A DNA stretch of 64,000 nt, taken from Nemertoderma westbladi. Its lineage: Eukaryota; Animalia; Xenacoelomorpha. The DNA lies in contig JAUCBJ010001856.1 of NCBI GenBank assembly GCA_032718475.1, positions 1 to 64,000 on the forward strand, given 5' to 3'. A program made the translations under genes and the position numbers. Numbering within the stretch: position 1 is the first letter of the stretch; each line of letters starts with the position of its first letter. Shown in pieces: positions 60,401 to 64,000 of the stretch. The notes beneath the pieces were generated by a model. The model had not been told where the DNA came from and searched no databases. It saw only the letters and a list, made by a program, of their open reading frames with translations.

Positions 60401-63374
60401 AAGATGTTGTACAGTATACACCCACTGTCGGACTTCTTGTAACAAATGTGATGATGGCGGTAAGTATGTTGTACACCCACTGTCAGACTTCTTGTAACAA
60501 ATGTGTTGATGGCGGTAAGTATGTTGTACACCCACTGTCAGACTTCTTGTAACAAATGTGATGTTGGCGGTAAGTATTTTGTACAGTGTACACCCACTGT
60601 CGGACTTCTTGTAACAAATGTGATGATGGCGGTAAGTATGTTGTACACCCACTGTCACACTTCTTGTAACAAATGTGATGATGGCGGTAAGTATGTTGTA
60701 CACCCACTGTCAGACTTCTTGCAACAAATGTGATGATGGCGGTAAGTATGTTGTACACCCACTGTTAGACTTCTTGTAACAAATGTGATGATGGCGGTAA
60801 GTATGTTGTACACCCACTGTCACACTTCTTGTAACAAATGTGATGATGGCGGTAAGTATGTTGTACACCCACTGTCACACTTCTTGTAACAAATGTGATG
60901 ATGGCGGTAAGTATGTTGTACACCCACTGTCGGACTTCTTGTAACAAATGTGATGATGGCGGTAAGTATGTTGTACAGTGTACACCCACTGTCGGACTTC
61001 TTGTAACAAATGTGATGATGGCGGTAAGTATGTTGTACAGTGTACACCCACTGTCGGACTTCTTGTAACAAATGTGATGATGGCGGTAAGTATGTTGTAC
61101 AGTGTACACCCACTGTCGGACTTCTTGTAACAAATGTGATGATGGCGGTAAGTATGTTGTACACCCACTGTCAGACTACTTGTAACAAATGTGATGATGG
61201 CGGTAAGATGTTGTACAGTGTACACCCACTGTCGGACTTCTTGTAACAAATGTGATGATGGCGGTAAGTATGTTGTACACCCACTGTCAGACTTCTTGTA
61301 ACAAATGTGTTGATGGCGGTAAGTATGTGGTACACCCACTGTCAGACTTCTTGTAACAAATGTGATGTTGGCGGTAAGTATTTTGTACAGTGTACACCCA
61401 CTGTCGGACTTCTTGTAACAAATGTGATGATGGCGGTAAGTATGTTGTACACCCACTGTCAGACTTCTTGTAACAAATGTGATGATGGCGGTAAGTATGT
61501 GTACACCCACTGTCGGACTTCTTGTAACAAATGTGATGATGGCGGTAAGTATGTTGTACACCCACTGTCGGACTTCTTGTAACAAATGTGATGATGGCGG
61601 TAAGTATGTTGTACACCCACTGTCAGATTTCTTGTAACAAATGTGATGATGGCGGTAAGTATGTTGTACACCCACTGTCGGACTTCTTCTAACAAATGTG
61701 ATGATGGCGGTAAGTATGTTGTACACCCACTGTCAGACTTCTTGTAACAAATGTGATGATGGCGGTAAGTATGTTGTACACCCACTGTCAGACTTCTTGT
61801 AAGAAATGTGATGATGGCGGTAAGTATGTTGTACACCCACTGTCAGACTTCTTGTAACAAATGTGATGATGGCGGTAAGTATGTTGTACACCCACTGTCA
61901 GACTACTTGTAACAAATGTAATGATGGCGGTAAGTATGTTGTACACCCACTGTCGGACTTCTTGTAACAAATATGATGATGGCGGTAAGTATGTTGTACA
62001 CCCACTGTCAGACTTCTTGTAACAAATGTGATGATGGCGGTAAGTATGTTGTACACCCACTGTCAGACTTCTTGTAACAAATGTGATGATGGCGGTAAGT
62101 ATGTTGTACACCCACTGTCGGACTTCTTGTAACAAATGTGATGATGGCGGTAAGTATGTTGTACACCCACTGTCAGACTTCTTGTAACAATGTGATGATG
62201 GCGGTAAGTATGTTGTACACCCACTGTCAGACTTCTTGTAACAAATATGATGATGGCGGTAAGTATGTTGTACACCCACTGTCAGACTTCTTGTAACAAA
62301 TGTGATGATGGCGGTAAGTATGTTGTACACCCACTGTCAGACTTCTTGTAACAAATGTGATGATGGCGGTAAGTATGTGTACACCCACTGTCAGACTTCT
62401 TGTAACAAATGTGATGATGGCGGTAAGTATGTTGTACACCCACTGTCACACTTCTTGTAACAAATGTGATGATGGCGGTAAGTATGTTGTACACCCACTG
62501 TCCCACTTCTTGTAACAAATGTGATGATGGCGGTAAGTATGTTGTGCACCCACTGTCGGACTTCTTGTAACAAATGTGATGATGGCGGTAAGTATGTTGT
62601 ACACCCACTGTCAGACTTCTTGTAACAAATGTGATGATGGCGGTAAGTATGTTGTACACCCACTGTCGGACTTCTTGTAACAAATGTGATGATGGCGGTA
62701 AGTATGTTGTACACCCACTGTCAGACTTCTTGTAACAAATGTGATGATGGCGGTAAGTATGTTGTACACCCACTGTCAGACTACTTGTAACAAATGTGAT
62801 GATGGCGGTAAGTATGTTCGTACACCCACTGTCGGACTTCTTGTAACAAATGTGATGATGGCGGTAAGTATGTTGTACACCCACTGTCAGACTTCTTGTA
62901 ACAAATGTGATGATGGCGGTAAGTATGTTGTACACCCACTGTCAGACTTCTTGTAACAAATGTGATGATGGCGGTAAGTATGTCTGTACACCCACTGTCG
63001 GACTTCTTGTAACAAATGTGATGATGGCGGTAAGTATGTTGTACACCCACTGTCACACTTCTTGTAACAAATGTGATGATGGCGGTAAGTATGTTGTACA
63101 CCCACTGTCAGACTTCTTGCAACAAATGTGATGATGGCGGTAAGTACGTCATACAGTACAGTCTGTCACAGTTCTGTAATATTTGTTAACATTAGATCCA
63201 CGTCCTTTTTCACAAAGCCGTACAGTTACAATGTTATACACGATTGTTACAGGTTGCAACCAGGATGCCGACGATAACCCGAATTGCGGTCCGTGGGCGG
63301 CGGAAGGACAATGTGGAGCTAACCCGGCGTTTATGTACACTCACTGCCAAACCTCCTGCAACAAGTGCGGTTAA
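48408..63374 (+). CDS. Secreted protein with seven tandem ShK (ShKT) domains, 329 aa: join(48408-48435,50025-50198,50531-50659,50851-51003,51122-51250,51416-51544,52657-52782,63253-63374)
   Basis: N-terminus MWTWMACLIVLPALSMSG is hydrophobic and signal-peptide-like. Seven exons each encode C-x9-C-x2-WA-x2-G-x-C-x2-N-x3-M-x3-C-x3-C-x2-C, the ShKT six-cysteine pattern. All introns are GT-AG phase 1, and the spliced CDS is 990 nt. Confidence 0.9.
48485..49680 (-). mobile_element. Second decayed copy of the RTE-like LINE, antisense in ShK intron 1
   Basis: Minus-strand MLRRVHCVKYNEHI...HGGQPMT closely matches 1175-1510. Upstream RT motifs read VPAPKKGNL..FRGISL..KLYNRIILN. (CTA)n tail at 48485-48497. 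The central RT region is deleted near 49240. Confidence 0.87.
50025..50198 (+). CDS. ShK gene exon 2 (rest of signal peptide and domain 1)
   Basis: CVEDADIGVLCAGWAAVGECLNNPDYMYIHCQKSCNKC. Confidence 0.9.
50531..50659 (+). CDS. ShK gene exon 3 (domain 2)
   Basis: CVEESDAHFDCEGWAADGQCGSNAQFMYSYCQSSCNKC. Confidence 0.9.
50851..51003 (+). CDS. ShK gene exon 4 (domain 3 and linker)
   Basis: CVERDDLDDNCAEWAAEGQCTANKAYMYNYCQSSCDKCGDGVDAPPADPC. Confidence 0.88.
51122..51250 (+). CDS. ShK gene exon 5 (domain 4)
   Basis: CVEAPDNNFHCPGWAADGECGANPDYMYEQCQTTCNKC. Confidence 0.9.
51416..51544 (+). CDS. ShK gene exon 6 (domain 5)
   Basis: CNERPDLDVNCPGWAADGECGNNPRYMYNYCQTSCNYC. Confidence 0.9.
51677..52172. 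repeat. 71-bp minisatellite, 7 copies, inside ShK intron 6
   Basis: Unit GAGTTACTGGAAGGGATGTTTGGGCAGTGGTTGTAATGCATGGCCGTGGTTGCCGGTTGTTTACAAACCC(C/T); period 71 (51677, 51748, 51819...). Confidence 0.93.
52390..52535. repeat. Degenerate direct repeat of about 65 bp, 2+ copies
   Basis: ctgttcacc-ccatggatgatcttctacagt-aaccc-tcca-tctgtttcc occurs twice, with a partial third start. Confidence 0.65.
52657..52782 (+). CDS. ShK gene exon 7 (domain 6); its 3' end is the first copy of the 55-bp array
   Basis: CVELPDDNDNCSGWAAIGECTANKSYMYTHCQTSCNKC; donor GTAAGT at 52783. Confidence 0.9.
52738..63146 (+). repeat. 55-bp tandem array (about 185-190 copies, 10.4 kb); unit = last 45 nt of ShK exon 7 plus donor GTAAGTATGT
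   Basis: Unit TGTACACCCACTGTCAGACTTCTTGTAACAAATGTGATGATGGCG-GTAAGTATGT, with 54-, 60- and 62-bp variants. Confidence 0.97.
63253..63374 (+). CDS. ShK gene exon 8 (domain 7, terminal)
   Basis: Acceptor ttacag; CNQDADDNPNCGPWAAEGQCGANPAFMYTHCQTSCNKCG-stop. Confidence 0.9.
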
Positions 63375-63569
63375 ATACAGTACTGTACTGCTGTATAAGT
63401 AGGGGCAATAGTCTCTGCATTAGATATTCTAGTATCTAGTACCTACTGCAGTGCAGTACCGGTTACCAGCCTGACCTGTTGTCAGAAAGACTAACAATTA
63501 CTGAATTACTGATACGAGTTTGGTCAGTTGGTGCTGGAACTTGTTATTTACATCCTAAATTGCTAATTT

Positions 63570-63666
63570 GTGGCCGATGTGGCTCCGATGTGGCCCCGAT
63601 GTGGTCCGATGTGGCCCCATGTGGTCCGATTTGGTCCGATGTGGTACCGATTGGGTCCGATGTGGC
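63570..63666. repeat. Short 10-11-bp tandem repeat (TGTGGTCCGA)n, possibly the subterminal repeats of a transposon remnant
   Basis: About 9 degenerate copies of tgtggtccga, visible directly. Confidence 0.7.
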
Positions 63667-64000
63667 TTTTAGACGGACCCTTCATTTGCACCATTATCAT
63701 TAGGTAAAATCTTTATCTTTCAAATTGCATTGATTTCCTACAAGTATGTCAATGCTGCAATGGTTTACTTCCCCGTGGTGTTTTTCCTTCCCTCCTCACA
63801 CCGGTTTTATCTATACATAATCATCAAACCAGAAACGCCCAATTTCAAAATTGCTTTCGATTTCGTAATTCAAGTAGAGTTCGTGAACAATCTATTTACT
63901 CCGTTTCGCCAATAATATGTAACAGTTTACCACTTATAGTGCGACAGTCAAATAGCATAGGTAGTTTTAAAAATAGGTTGAAAAATTACATTTTAAATTC

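Noticed and set aside
52705-63105. Many His-rich minus-strand ORFs (up to 360 aa)
   Set aside because: These are translations of the 55-bp repeat, antisense to ShK exon sequence.

Overview
AT-rich eukaryotic DNA, probably from an invertebrate animal (inference from ShK domains, an RTE-like LINE and spliceosomal introns). Two intact multi-exon genes can be reconstructed by hand on the + strand. One is a 9-exon glycerol kinase (2964-35395, 505 aa). The other is an 8-exon secreted protein with seven ShK/ShKT domains (48408-63374, 329 aa). About 70% of the window is tandem repeat. Three arrays are built from the host gene's own exon/intron junction: about 587 x 41 bp of the GK exon-4 acceptor, about 20 x 44 bp of the GK exon-6 donor, and about 185-190 x 55 bp of the ShK exon-7 donor. 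Each has grown into the intron and left the coding frame intact, so the pre-mRNAs carry tens to hundreds of near-identical decoy splice sites. A fourth large array (about 8 kb, about 40-bp unit) looks like an amplified DNA-transposon terminus. Decayed RTE-like LINE copies, non-autonomous TIR elements and smaller minisatellites fill the rest. All coordinates and counts were derived by eye, and splicing is inferred, not observed.
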